A DNA stretch of 62,875 nucleotides, filler included, from Welwitschia mirabilis (lineage: Eukaryota): the NCBI GenBank assembly GCA_051453625.1. It is 5 parts of one record of this genome, joined end to end, with 100 filler letters (N's around TTAATTAATTAA, not from the genome) between each part and the next. Parts side by side here need not be neighbours in the genome. Positions count along the whole stretch, not along the records: positions 35,490 to 42,500 come from JBOZIK010000001.1; positions 42,601 to 54,888 come from JBOZIK010000001.1; 3 more parts are not named here. One strand, given 5' to 3'. The notes beneath the pieces are model-generated. The model did no database searches, was not told the DNA's origin, and was given only the letters and a program-made list of their open reading frames with translations. Positions 38,613-51,927 of this stretch are shown piece by piece. The stretch's first letter is position 1. Each line of letters begins with the position of its first letter. The translations under genes and the position numbers were made by a program.

Positions 38613-38773
38613 GATCAATTCATTAATCCTGAATAGGAATATGGCACTCAAAATTATTGTCCTTTATTTATTGTCTTCTCTAATGTAAAGATGTGCATGT
38701 GTGGGGTTCTGAAGGTTACAAGTACCTAGATTTTCTCTCTGCTTACACAATAGTTAACTAGGGTCACTGTAAT
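38613..38773 (+). pseudogene. OAT: delta-ornithine aminotransferase N-terminal fragment (class III aminotransferase), pseudogenised
   Basis: DQFINPE*EYGTQNYCPLFIVFSNVK / VHVWGSEGYKYLDFLSAYTIVN*GHC matches the OAT signature EY(S/G)AHNYHP.P.VFS.AKG..(I/V)WDPEG.KYLDFLSAYSAVNQGHCH. It has two stops and a 1-nt frameshift. Confidence 0.88.
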
Positions 38774-40036
38774 GAGATTAGAAAGTTCTAACACGTGNNN
38801 NNNNNNNTCTACCATTCTAATTCTAATGAGCCACTGTATAATGGGGTTTACCTATTTCACAAGAGAACTGCCATAAAGAAATTTGTCCACACCTAATATT
38901 TATTCTAATACATCACTATGCATTGTTTGAGCAGGATGTGATGCCTTTTGTAACTAATGAGATGTTTAGGCCTATGCAGTCCATTTTTGAAATTTAAAAC
39001 CCTAGCAGACTAGCTGAAATTCCTCCACCTATGGATTGGCTACCAGAGTGTTTATGGAAAGAAAATTTAAATGTTGTAGACACTCTAAGTAGAGCAGTTC
39101 ATGTAAGATCCATGTTTATCAATTGTTATGACTATTGGAGACAAAATGAGTGCCATTAAAAGAGCAAAATATGCATCCTTTCACTTAAAGGATCAACCGC
39201 CTAGATCAACGACCTTGTTACCTTTAATATCATAATTATAACAGTGCACCGTACTACCTTAATGATATCGACATTTTTCATCAACCTAATCTGCAAATGG
39301 ATATTAAGGTGCTATTTAAGTTTCTATATTCGAACAATGTCTTTTAGATAGCTAAAATGGAATTTCAATGCTCCAAGCCATGATTTATTCTTTTGATCTT
39401 TGTCAAATAGTAATACAATAAACTTCATAAACATCATCTCACATAAGTTCTTCATAGAAGAACTGTAGATCATCATAATAAAATTATAGACTTCTGTACG
39501 TTTTTTGTTGATTAAGAAACAAAGAGGAAAAGTATGTAAATCAAGAAAGGGTTCTACTACGGTAGTTGAGACAACTTTGCCTCATTTATGTAAATACTAA
39601 TGGGTGAATTACATGAAGTAACTGCTTACTTATCATCTTGTATGCATGTTATATCAAAATCCATTCATACAAATTAATTTTGACATTGACCCTAGTTCAA
39701 CTTTAGGTGTGCAAGACTATAAGGCAAGCTAATAAGTCTACAAGTTATTGAATTTTATTATCATGAAGACAAAATATCTTTAGTATGTTACATTTATATC
39801 ACTTTTTAATAGGTATTTCAGAAACATTTTGTTAAGGTTTCTAGATGTTTAGGAGTGATAGGGGAACTATACTATTTGGACAATATTATGTATGGAACCT
39901 AGAAAACTAATTCTAAACATTATATATATAGATATGGTTTGATTAAAATTTTAAAATATTATTGTTGTTTAACATAGTTTCTATTATATCCAACATTTTC
40001 AAAATTATCTTCATTAACTAGAAGGTACATAATAGG

Positions 40037-40140
40037 GTGTAATGTCAATTGTTCTAGATTATTAAAAATAAGCAACCTTAGATTTGTTGTGTAATGTCAA
40101 TTGTTCTAGATTATTAAAAATAAGCAACCTTAGATTTGTT
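40037..40140 (+). repeat. Perfect 52-bp tandem duplication
   Basis: GTGTAATGTCAATTGTTCTAGATTATTAAAAATAAGCAACCTTAGATTTGTT occurs twice in tandem. Confidence 0.95.
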
Positions 40141-40471
40141 TTAATAACCATTCTTATAATGAGCTTATTATTACTAAGATTATTATGAATACTATTATTT
40201 AAGTTTTAAACCACTTATGATGAATTAGACAATCATTTTAGATTTGATATGTTATTCAAATATTATGGGCTTGAAATTTTAAAATCTTGAAATTTATGAA
40301 AGAAAATCTTACTAATACAATAAGATAGGTATCTAGCTAATGATTTAGATACAATTCTAGTTAGGTAAAATCCAACCAAATGAAATTATAGGTAAATGAT
40401 CTGATGATTTGATTATTTTCTAGGGACTAACAAAATCTTGGGTTTGGGGGGAAAAGATGAGCAAAAATTTA

Positions 40472-41321
40472 TGTGAAAAGTAATATCTTTTATAGGTTAT
40501 CAACATAGGAGTTAATATTTATTGTATGGAAATATTTACAATTATGTTTGAAATTTAGGCATTAAATTATACTAGTAATTAGCCTATCATAAAAAATAGA
40601 TTATAAATAAATTTATTATTAGAAAGTTAATGTTTATCATGTTTTGTTGCAGAAATTTATATCAATTTAAAGGATAAGGACAAATGTCACAATAGTCATT
40701 AATAAAGAATAAAATGACAAGAAATAGGGATTCCATTACATGCAAATGCCACATGGCAAATGGAGGAAAATCTGGAAATGGAGAAAAAATTTGTTTAAAC
40801 TTTACTAAATTTAGGCATAACAAGTGGCTATGTATTCCCTTAATGTAGGGGAAGTTGTTATTCATGTTTGTGTAAGTATACCCCCTCTAGCTACCATAGA
40901 ACTGGTATAAATATAACCTATTTCTACCATTAAGGGATCTTTTGGCATATTTTCATAACATCCAAAAATGGTAGTAGGCCTAAGATCACCATTAAAATAA
41001 TCTTCTTCATCCAGTTGTAACTTGCAAATGAAATACTATTTGTAATCAATTTATTTTTCATAATATAAGAATTTTACTTCTAAAAAGAAATATGTCTGTG
41101 TTATGATTTCATTATAGCATTTATTTCATATTACAAAACTTGTAAGTTATCTTTTAGAATGTTATTTTACTTGCTTTGTAAGCTGAAAAGCTTTGTGAAC
41201 TATGATATTACTTGAAAAAATAAAGTTTTATTCTCTTTCTCCTATATCTATTGCTGGTAGCTATTAGAATGCAATAGTGCTTAGAAATAAGTGTTGTCTA
41301 GCATCATTTTACTACTATTTT
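40472..41321 (+). repeat. Probable solo or truncated LTR
   Basis: Begins TGTGAAAAG, shared with 15037; TGCCACATGGCA palindrome at ~40747; TATAAAT at ~40905; right boundary uncertain. Confidence 0.45.
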
Positions 41322-41815
41322 TGTCACAACCCAGTGTTGGGTTGGACTTTACGAGCACAATATTTTTTTAAAGTAATTAAATTACAATTACATGATTAGT
41401 CATCGCAATGGGTCAATTAGGTAGCAACTAAGAGACTTACCTCTTAGTTAACCCTAGGCTATACCTTAGGAGAACTATATGACCATAGTACACCTGACCA
41501 ACACTACATCTAACTTAAGCTTATTTAGAAATCTCGTTTAGGAACACACAAAATAAGTGTGTAGGTTCCAGTCGAGTGGTTGGTTGCACCAATAGCTAAG
41601 TAATCACACCTATGTATGCTTATTTAGAGAAGTTCAGATCACACATAGTTTTATATTAGACCTCGTTACCATCTCCACCAATACACATGAGCATATTATA
41701 GATTAAGGTGGACCATATCAATAGACATGTGGCCAAAAAATGCATGAATCAATGCAAGAAGAGTCTGGAATCACAATGAAATGAACCAATACCAAAAGAT
41801 ATTACACACAAATAC

Positions 41816-41848
<33 letters not shown>

Positions 41849-42500
41849 CATACATACATACATACATACATATGCATAGTGGCTTTATGTAAAAGTATAG
41901 TAGGCAGTCGGTGAAGAACTCTCAATTCATAACATCCATTTCTAACAAGGAATTCTAATGTATGAATGATGATAATACATATATATATTCATATAAATTA
42001 TATATGGGTCCCCAAGTATATATAGAGTGAATCTCTGGAGTGGTCACTTAGCCATAATCATCCATTCATAACCACATTCACTTAACATATGAGACCTCTT
42101 TGCTTTCTCCACCATCACGATAAGAGCTAATGGAAGGGAAGTATGATAATTAACATAGCCCCACCTCCATCCACCCATACACACCCCTCAATACACATGC
42201 CACTTTGGTAGGATAACTATTATAGTAAACTCATGCAAAAATGATGATTAAGATGCCATTTTAGTATGGTACCTATTATAAATAACATTTTCTAAACTTT
42301 AATTAGTAACCATAATGACATGATTACAAGAGTTGCTAAACTATGTAATACATTTTGATGTCAATTCTAATAAAAATCCTTTTTTTTAAAGTAAGAATCA
42401 ATGTGTAGCCCTACAATCAATAATGTATTACATTCCTTATGTTAAACATATATTTTGATTATAGATATTCATAAGGTTGCTTAATTATTTAATCTTAGTT
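41322..42500. repeat. Tekay/Del-like LTR fragment with (TA)n/(TACA)n microsatellite at ~41812-41872
   Basis: Starts TGTCACAACCC, a typical chromovirus Tekay LTR terminus; no coding signal; ends at a gap. Confidence 0.4.
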
Positions 42501-42600
42501 NNNNNNNNNNNNNNNNNNNNNNNNNNNNNNNNNNNNNNNNNNNNTTAATTAATTAANNNNNNNNNNNNNNNNNNNNNNNNNNNNNNNNNNNNNNNNNNNN

Positions 42601-44515
42601 GTTATTTATGTTGTTAATATAATGGATCATGATGATTGTAAACACATGAATAAGAACATTCAATCTTACCCATAAATTAAAAAGGATAAATTAGTAGAAT
42701 TTATTCTACTATTACTTTTATTCTTAGTGATATTTGTGGAAGTTCTCTATGCATAAACTATTATTTTTCTTGTTGTGTCATATGATAATTTTGAAATTGA
42801 TGCATTTATCCTTCTAATGCATCTTAAATATGGTTTGGAATAATTATAAGCCCATGAAGGATTAAGAAAGAACTAGCATGAGGAAATTATACATGTGATT
42901 AATTTTGTTAATTAAAGTAAAAAGATTACTCACATAAATTAGGTGCATGAGTCATAAATAAGATTTCTTTTTTTATTTATACATCACTTTCACCTCTTAC
43001 ACAAGATCTTATAACTTCTCATTGATTAATATTATTATGTTACTTCTGCGTAAGCTTATCCAACTTATCATTAATCAATATTATCATTGCCATTCACATG
43101 TTCATATTACTTTCACACAAGTCCATCCAACTTGTTATTGATCAATCTTATCAAGTAGAAGAGATTTCTTTACCTTATGGGTAAAATGATGTGGGTGGTC
43201 TTTATCCAATTATATTAAGGACCTTGATACCCCATTTATCTATAAATAAGGCCTTCTTCCTTTCTATCAAACTATTATTTATTAAAATTTAGGCTCTTTT
43301 TCTTTCCTTTCAAGCATAAAAATTAAGGCTATCTAATTATTAATTTTAGAGGTATGTAGCCTAATAAATTAGCTTTATTAATGATTCTTTTAATAAATAT
43401 ACATATATTTTAGTTAATTTTATTTTGTTATAGACACTTACAAATTATAAAGAGGGTTTAGAAGTTTGATTAGTTTCATAAATGGAGCATGTTTTTACAA
43501 TAGAACCTAGATGTATTAATGTCTCTTATTTGAAAAGAATTACTGTAATATCACAAAAGGAAGAGATGTTTTCTTTCATTTATTTTTATTATCATGCTTT
43601 GAAAATATATGATTTTTCTTTACGTAAAATCAAAAAAATGCTTATATGTTCTATTTTTCTTTTATATGATTGTTTTCTTCAAATACACCCAATGATGCTA
43701 AGAATTATTCTTACTAGGTAAACAATCCATTAAATATCCATATATTATATGCTTGCATTTATATGGTGTATTCATTCAACTAAACCAAGATAATCTCAAT
43801 AATTATTCATCTCCATACTTATATTTCATCACCAAGGTGGGTTGCATTATACTTTTATTTTCAAATCCTTATAGAAGTGGATTTGATCATCACTCTCCTA
43901 CCCTACCCATGTATGGATTTACCCTGACTTAATATCTCGAGCCCTTGTTATCAAAGGATCATATTGGACCATCCTGTGATTCTTCAAAGAAGCAGGGGTC
44001 ACTTATAAGCATGCATACACCTCATGTACTACTTGTAACCTATATTGGGGGTATATCAAGGTGAAGTGTAAGCTTATGGAGTTGAGCTCAACCATGTTTA
44101 TATAGCCTAAAGCCTAAAATAGAATCAACTCACATCTAGAGGGTGTTCAAATATTGAGTTAGAAAACCATTAATAGGAGATGCAACCTCTTATTATATTG
44201 GTTAGGCACTATTATAAAACTTATCCATTATATATGATAAAACAAATTTACATCTCATTAACTATAAACAAGATATCTCTATGTGGAAAAAACAAAAGGT
44301 AAGAGTAAATATAAGACACAATTTTGACATCCTTATTGTATGCAAACCAAAAGGATCTATAGCTAAGTAATAATTATGTTATCTAATTATTTTAAATATT
44401 ATGATGTGTTAATAGAATCTAAAAAGAATTTGATCATAGGTTCGATTATGCATGTTAGTTAATAATGCTTTAAAAAATTATGGTTAATTAGGATAATTAA
44501 AATTAGGATGTTACG
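42601..44515 (+). repeat. LTR-like non-coding segment
   Basis: CTATAAATAAGG TATA box at ~43240 and a terminal GGATGTTAC(G) at ~44506-44515 resembling GGGTGTTACA LTR ends. Confidence 0.3.
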
Positions 44516-45093
44516 GTACCTCATAGTTGTTCCTCTTATAACATAACATTGAGAATCTAAATATATATAAAATTATGAAATGCCAAAATAAATAGTCCAT
44601 ATGTCACTAATTAAATCACTAGTCTTAACAAGACTTAGCATAATATAAATTAAATAATAAAGAAAGTTAACTAAATGCTTAACTATTTGAATGAGCATCA
44701 TAGAAAAATCACTAATATAATATCATTTCATGTACAAGGTAACCAATAACTACTTGAGATGTTTAATTCACATGCATGAATATGTAAGAAAATACAATTA
44801 AGGATATATATCTAGAAATTGTTAGGCATACTAAAATCATCTAAAATCATTAAGGAATGTGCTAAACTTGCATTATTACATAATTATACTATGTTTAACA
44901 TAATTACATTAATTTACAAAAATAGAAGTTGTTATGGCCGGAATACCATAACTATTCCTTTTATAATTCTAACATAATAAAAATAATAATTAAAATATTT
45001 ACAATTCTAATAATATAGTAAAAAGGAATTCAATCGTATTATGCGCTATATATGTGTAAATATATCTACCTCTATGGGCCAAATACTAGTAAC

Positions 45094-45103
45094 TACATAC
45101 ATA

Positions 45104-45132
<29 letters not shown>
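45094..45132 (+). repeat. (TACA)n microsatellite
   Basis: Directly visible. Confidence 0.9.
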
Positions 45133-45134
<2 letters not shown>

Positions 45135-47335
45135 CATAAGCTATTAATTGTAGTTACTATTTTTCTAGTTTATTAACTTAAACTATTTCATTACATATAA
45201 CTATATCTCAATTAATGTAATTGACATTCATAATAGAACTATCAATTTACTGTTTTCAATTCCTTATCATTAACATCATGACCTTTGTTGTACTCTTTGC
45301 CATATGACTTGCATTAATTATCCTTATCTAACCTTGCTTTTTGTGATCTTGTTCAAATGCATTCCCTTCTCATTCCTGATTTTATTTACTTAATACTATT
45401 ATTTTACCTTTACCATCACATCTTTAACGATTATATTTTTATCTCTCTTATATTTCTCTATTTTAATATAGTTATATTTTAATTCTATGTATTTGTTATA
45501 TATATTTTTATACCCCTCATTCTATGTTACTTATTTTATATCTTTATACATCTTATCCTTTCTACCTATTACTTAATTTATTTTCTTATTATTATTACTA
45601 ATACTATTTATCTTTCTATTCATCTACATTTGATTTTGTACCTTTTACTTGTTTTCTCTATTATTACTTTAATTAACATACTTTTCCTACAAATTACTTT
45701 ACTATACTATTCTTCCCTCTTAATCATATGCTTACATTATCCTATAACTTTATATTACTTCTTTAGACTCTTATATCTCTACATGATTTACTATAAAGAT
45801 ATTATATTTTTATATGCTTACTATTTATACTATTATATTTTATTTACTATATTACTTTAACTTTATTATTATATTCTTTTTATAGTTCTTTTATTGCTCC
45901 TATTAATATCATGTATTCATCCTTTAAAACCTTTACATTTATTCATTATCTTATTTGCTACTTACTCTTTACTTTTACCATTTAAATTAATCATTATTTT
46001 ATCTAATACTCACTTTTGTTTATTCACTATCTATCCTATTTAACCTTTATGCATTTCTACCCCCTTGTCATCTATATCTTATGTTACCTTCTCTACCCAT
46101 ATTATTATATCTTATTATCTTGTATCATATCTCTTTGCCAATCTATTTGTTTAATCTTTATTTCAAAGTTATCTAATTACATATATATATTTTTTTGTAT
46201 ATAGTTCCTTTTACTTACCACTACATTATTGTGTTTCCTTGTATGCCTATTTGCTATTATTCCATTTTCATACTTCCCTCTTATTCCTATTGTATTCTCC
46301 TACTAGATGTTCCTATCATTATTAATTTACTAGCTTCTTGATCATAGATTAAATGCTCCAGTCCATGATATTGAGGATGAGAAGAAAGTGGAGGTTACCT
46401 AGTGGGTACCACTAGGGTGTCTTGATGTTAAGATATCTTCTTTTACTATTGTTTAGTATGCTTATTTTCTTATTAACATTTGAAAAGTCCATAAAGGTGT
46501 AGGGGTATTGGAATTCTCATTTCTCAAACCTTATAAAAAGTTGATCAAAACATTATATTATCCTTACATTTATTAGTTATATATATACCATTTTATTCTT
46601 TTACTACATTTAACTTAGATACTTTATATGTACATGCCTATATTAAACTAATTAACTTACTAATACCAAATTACTCATGTCATTTCCCCTTGCCATTCAT
46701 GATTCTAGAGCTAAGGCTTTTAGGAACGGAAATAATAAGATCACATTAAAACGAGGAAAGGAAAACTTGAAGCACAAGGTGTTTTTCCTTAAGTGCTGTT
46801 TCAATAATGAAAAAATCTAGTTTCCCTATGCTGCAAAACTAGCTAAGTGAAGTGCAGCTTCACTTGAGCGAATTTCAGCAAGGCTCAATTAATCGCTTTC
46901 TCTTCAAAATACCACCTCGAAATATTTCATATGCTTGGAATATGTGAAAATCAATGTATTTTCCATTAATTTAAAGACTTTTAAGACCTTGATTTCCCTT
47001 CACAAAATATAATTAACTCCCCTCAATACCAATTAATCATGTTGGAGGACATTTTAAAACTTATAGAACTTATGAAGGAATTGATTAAGGTTTTGATTAA
47101 TCATACCAATTTGCTCCATTACTCTCATGCCAACAAAAACTTTAATGGCTTGATTTTGAAGCTTGTCAATTCCTTACTAAACAGGAATCCTTATATTCAA
47201 ACACTCTTTGTAGTTTATTCTTTGGAAAAGACTCTCAAGCATAGACTATGTATAGCTAAGGAATTGATATAAAATGAAGGAATTAAATCCCTTTATTTAT
47301 GTTTTATTAGAATCCAAAGTAAAAAGGTTCATCTG

Positions 47336-47666
47336 TGATAAAAAAGAGATAAGCTGTAGAGAAAAGAAAAAATCTACAATGACAACTCTGTTTGCACTGA
47401 AACTTAGATGTTTAAAGTAGTTCAGCTGCCACTCCTTTTATTAAAGCAAAATAACCTTTAAATAGGCTTCTACAAAGCACAACAGTAAATAGGCTTCTAC
47501 AAAGCATAACAGAAATGAGAAACTAACTCCAAATAATCTTGTGGTTATGCCTAACATGCAGAAAACAAAAAGGAGAAAAAAAAAGGCAAAAATCATGTAA
47601 GAGTGGAAGACCCACTCTTCATGTTGAAAGCTTCAAACTCCTAGAATTTTGAATCACTTATTAACA
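47336..47666 (-). repeat. 3' LTR of the Ivana-like element (331 bp)
   Basis: TGATAAAAAAGAGA...ATCACTTATTAACA; direct repeat of 51626-51927 plus an internal 27-bp duplication. Confidence 0.9.
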
Positions 47667-47677
47667 CTTCCCTTTGA

Positions 47678-50600
47678 TCAAAAGTTATATACACCAAGAA
47701 AGATCCTTAGATACTCATGTTTATTTCTTGTTAAAGGTTTTGTCAAGATATCTGCAATCTGTTCTTCTATGCTATAGTATTGCAGAACTATTTTTCCTTT
47801 AGTGACTAGGTCTCTAATAAAATGTACTCTTATATCTATATGTTTGGTCCTTCCATGATACACAAGATTCTTTGACATAGTTATATTCTCCTTATTGTCA
47901 TAGTATATCTTTGTGGCTTCATCTTGTTCTTGTTCAGGTTCCTCTAACATCCTTCTTAGCTAGATTGCTTGACATATTGATGTATTTGCCACCATATAAT
48001 TAGCTTTCAAATATGATAATGTAATGGTAGCTTTCTTTTTAAACTCCATAAAAACACTCCTAACCTGAGACTAAATGTGTAGCCTAAGGTTATCCTTATG
48101 TCCTCCATGCATCCTACCCTATCACTATCAGTGTATCTAACTAGCTTGTAATATGCCATGTGCTCATACCGTATTCCCATATCAAGAGTCCCTGCTACAT
48201 ACTGCAGAATCTATTTTGCAGTTTCATAATGATGCTTTGAGGGGGATTACATAAACTTAGTAACTGCATCCATCGAATAAGAAATATCGAGCTAGTGTGA
48301 GTTAGATATATAAGTTCTCTTATTAGGATCTTGTAATTCTATTCGTTAGGTGGTTCTGTGCCATCTTCCNNNNNNNNNNCCAATTGCAACTTTTCATTCA
48401 TATTAATAGATGTACCAACTACCTTAAAGATCAACATGTGGTACCTCTTCAACAATTCCATTGCATACTTATTTTGAGAGGTGAAGATACTGTCCCTAAC
48501 CTACTTTACTTTTATACCAAGAAAGTAACAAAATAAAACCAAATCTAACATTTCAAATTCTTTCCTCATGCTTATTCAAAATTGATGAATGAGTAAAGAG
48601 AATAAGCTTATGTAGGTTATATCACTTACATAAAGACTAATAAACATAACATATTTACCTTACTTCTCTATGTAGAGTATGGGCTCATTTTTGCTTCTTT
48701 CAAATCCATTCTTGATGAAGTAAGAATCTATCCTCCCATACAATGCTCTAGGAGCCTGTTTTAATTGATAGAGGATCTATCTTAATCTATACATTTTATA
48801 ATTTTTTTCTAATCTTGAACTTTAAATCCTATAGGTTGTATTACGTAGATCTCCTCTTCTAATTCTCCATTCAAAAAAGCTGGCTTAACATCAAATTGAT
48901 ATATAGACCAATTTAACTATGCAGCAAGAGATAAAAGTATCCTTATAGTCTTAAAGCATGTAATGGGTAAAAAGGTATCTTCCTAGTCTATACCTTATTG
49001 CTGAGAGTACCTATTTTCCACCAATCATGCTTTGTATTTCTACATACTTTTGTCTGCATTATACTTGGTTCTAAACATCCTTTTTACCCCAATTGCCTTC
49101 TTATATTTTGGTAATTTGACCATCTTCCATGTGTCATTCTTTTTAATTGCCATTAGTTCCTTCTTCATGGCCTACTTTCATTCATCTTTCTCCATAGCTT
49201 CTTCAAAGGAACTTGGATCAGCCATGTACAAAGCTTGCATTATCTCATATATGTCTCTCAAGGATCTGTATCATCATGACCCCTCGCCTTTAGTTGAACT
49301 TGATAAGCCTGAGGACATTCCACTTCTTAATGGAGTAGTTACTTTAGATGCTGTAGGTGTCAAAATAGTAGACCTGCTGGGTGTGTTAGTTGGGGTTTAA
49401 AGCTAGTCATCATTGGTTTATTACTCTTTCTCAGTAGCTAATTTCTTAAATTGAATAACCCCTTGATTACCTTTTCATCATATCCATCTTTCTTCCTCAT
49501 TAAATATCACATTCTTGCTGATGATGATTTTGTCATTTGTAGGATTGTAGAGCTCGTTTGCCTTTGAGATGGTGCAGTAGCCAATAAAGACACATATTAT
49601 GGATTATTCATCTAGTTTGTTGTGAATTTATGAGTTGATTAGAGTATAAGTAATACATCCAAAAACCTTTAAGTAACTTACCCTTGGCCTTTTTGCCATC
49701 CAAACTTCATACGATGTTTGATTTGGAACTATCCTCATTGGTGAGATATTTAGTAGGTAAATAGATATAGTGATAGCTTCTCCCTAGAATTGTATTGGCA
49801 ATCCTTTCTCTTGGAGCATAATTCATGGCATTTCTACTATAGTTTAATTCTTGTACTTTACCACTCCATTTTGTTCTAGTGTATATGGAGCGGTGAGTTC
49901 TCTATGGATGTTGTGATCTTCACAAAATGAGCTAAACATGTATGAAGTAAATTCTTCTCCTCAATTTGTTCTTAGTGCCTTAACTTAAAGCTCATTTTAT
50001 TTTTCAATAAGAGCCTTAAACTTCTTGAAAGCTTTAAAGGCCTTAGCCTTATTTTACAAAAAATATACCCAACTCACATGACTATGATCATTAGTTAAAG
50101 CATGAAACATCGAATTTCTTTAAATGTTTCTGTCTTCATTAGTTCACACAAATCTACATGGATTAAATCTAGATTACTAGGTGATCTCCATCCCTTTCCT
50201 ATAGGGAATGACCTTTTGCTTTGCTTTCCAGAAATTCAGGCTTCAAACACTCCCAAAGCATTGATCTTGAGTATCCCTTACATCATGCCTATTTGTTATA
50301 ACAATTTCATTCTGTTGAGATTAAGATGTTCATATCTTCTATGCCATAGCCTCATTTCTACTTCTTCTTTATCTATTATGGTATAATTTTCCAAATTTAA
50401 GAGCTCCACTAGAAATATCTTGTTCTTTGTCATGCTTACTTCTATTATAATTTAACCTAAACATGATGAGTTATCAAGCAACACAAAATATCCTTTTAAC
50501 ATTAGTTGCTCCACATTTGACAAACTTTAAGATAAGCTAGGAATAAAAAAAACATTATAAAGATACTTAGTTTTACAATTACCATTCCTTAGCACAACTG

Positions 50601-51530
50601 TGCCCTTTCCCTCAACTTGAATTTTCTTATTGTCTTTAAGCCTGACACTCATCTTACAGTTCTCATACAATTCTTTAAACATGGTCTTAATCCCATCGTA
50701 TGTTTCAAACACTGTTGGTGGCCTAAATTTGCACTTCAAAAGTNNNNNNNNNNNNNNNNNNNNNNNNNNNNNNNNNNNNNNNNNNNNNNNNNNNNNNNNN
50801 NNNNNNNNNNNNNNNNNNNNNNNNNNNNNNNNNNNNNNNNNNNTGTGTAGCCTCTCCTAGTAGCCTGTTCACTATCATCATGCATGATTCCTTTCATTTC
50901 TTAAGTTTCCTCCTTTATGTAAAATGCCTTCTCATTCATTTACTCATCTGATCTATTGATTCTTCCCTTATGAACTTACAAATATCCCATTAATTCATCA
51001 AAGGAAAATTGGTTAGATATTTTGATTCTTCTATAATAGCTATAATATGATTAAATTGAGATGTTAAACTTCTCAATACCTTTGCCAAAATAACTTGGTC
51101 ATTGCATTTTTCATCATAAACTTGCATTTGAGTGATAAGCATTGAAACTTTGGAAAGATATTCTTGCATTGATTCATTGTTCTTCATCATTGTAGTTTCA
51201 TATCTATAATTTAACCATGATGATCTTTCTGTCACCCTGAAATTCTTTCTACAAGATCATCCATGCTTTATTAGATAAAGTAGCATTCATGATTCTTAGA
51301 AATATGTCTTCATGAATAGCTTATTAAAGGAAGAAGAGTGCCTTTGGATCCTTTTTCTTATTCTTCCTCAATCTGGCAGTTTCATCAGGATTGACAAATC
51401 CTTCTTTAACAAGATCCAATAAATCTTGCGACTTAAACAAATTTCTTATCTTAATACTCCAGAACTAGTATTTGTTTTCATTAAACACTGGGATGAGTAG
51501 CTGTGAAGCTGAGAATGCATTTGCTGCCAT
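47678..51530 (-). pseudogene. Copia gag-pol polyprotein remnant
   Basis: ATG at 51530 (MAANAFSASQLLIPVFNENKY*FWSIK); ORF pieces 50990-51235 (gag), 50527-50739 (PR), 47678-47950 (RH); RT LYQLKQAPRALY at ~48740-48775. Confidence 0.9.
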
Positions 51531-51625
51531 CTCTGAGAAAACTCTCATCTCTCATGTTTCTCTTCCTAACATGTTTTACTTTTTTGATCACCCAGTCAAA
51601 GACTAACTTGGCTCTGATATCACTT

Positions 51626-51927
51626 TGATAAAAAAGAGAAAAGATGAAGAGAAAAAGAAATAATCTACTATGACAATTCTGTTTACATTGAAACTTAGAT
51701 GTTTGAAGTAGTTCAACTACCACTCCTTTTATTAAAGCAAAACAACCTTTAAATAGTCTTATACAAAGCAGAAAAAATGAGAAACTAGCTCCAGATAACC
51801 TTGCAATTATGCCTAATGTGCAGAAACCAAAAATTAAAAAAAAAAGGTAAAAATCATACAAGAGTGGCATACTCACCCTTCATGTTGACAGCTTCAAACT
51901 TCTAAAATTTTGGATCACTTCTCAATA
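51626..51927 (-). repeat. 5' LTR of the Ivana-like element (302 bp)
   Basis: TGATAAAAAAGAGA...ATCACTTCTCAATA, adjacent to the PBS. Confidence 0.9.

Larger units (their letters stand above)
47336..51927 (-). mobile_element. Two-LTR Ty1/Copia element (~4.6 kb), Ivana/Oryco-like, decayed
   Basis: Short LTRs at 47336-47666 and 51626-51927; PBS TGATATCAGAGC (51622-51611); PPT TCAAAGGGAAG (47677-47667); gag LAKVLRSLTSQFNHIIAIIEESK; RNase H HGRTKHIDIRVHFIRDLV and EQIADILTKPL. Confidence 0.92.

Noticed and set aside
45630-46204. Hydrophobic membrane-protein-like ORFs
   Set aside because: By-product of T-rich, G-poor composition.
49032-50386. Plus-strand ORFs of 122 and 94 aa
   Set aside because: Antisense shadows of Copia pol.
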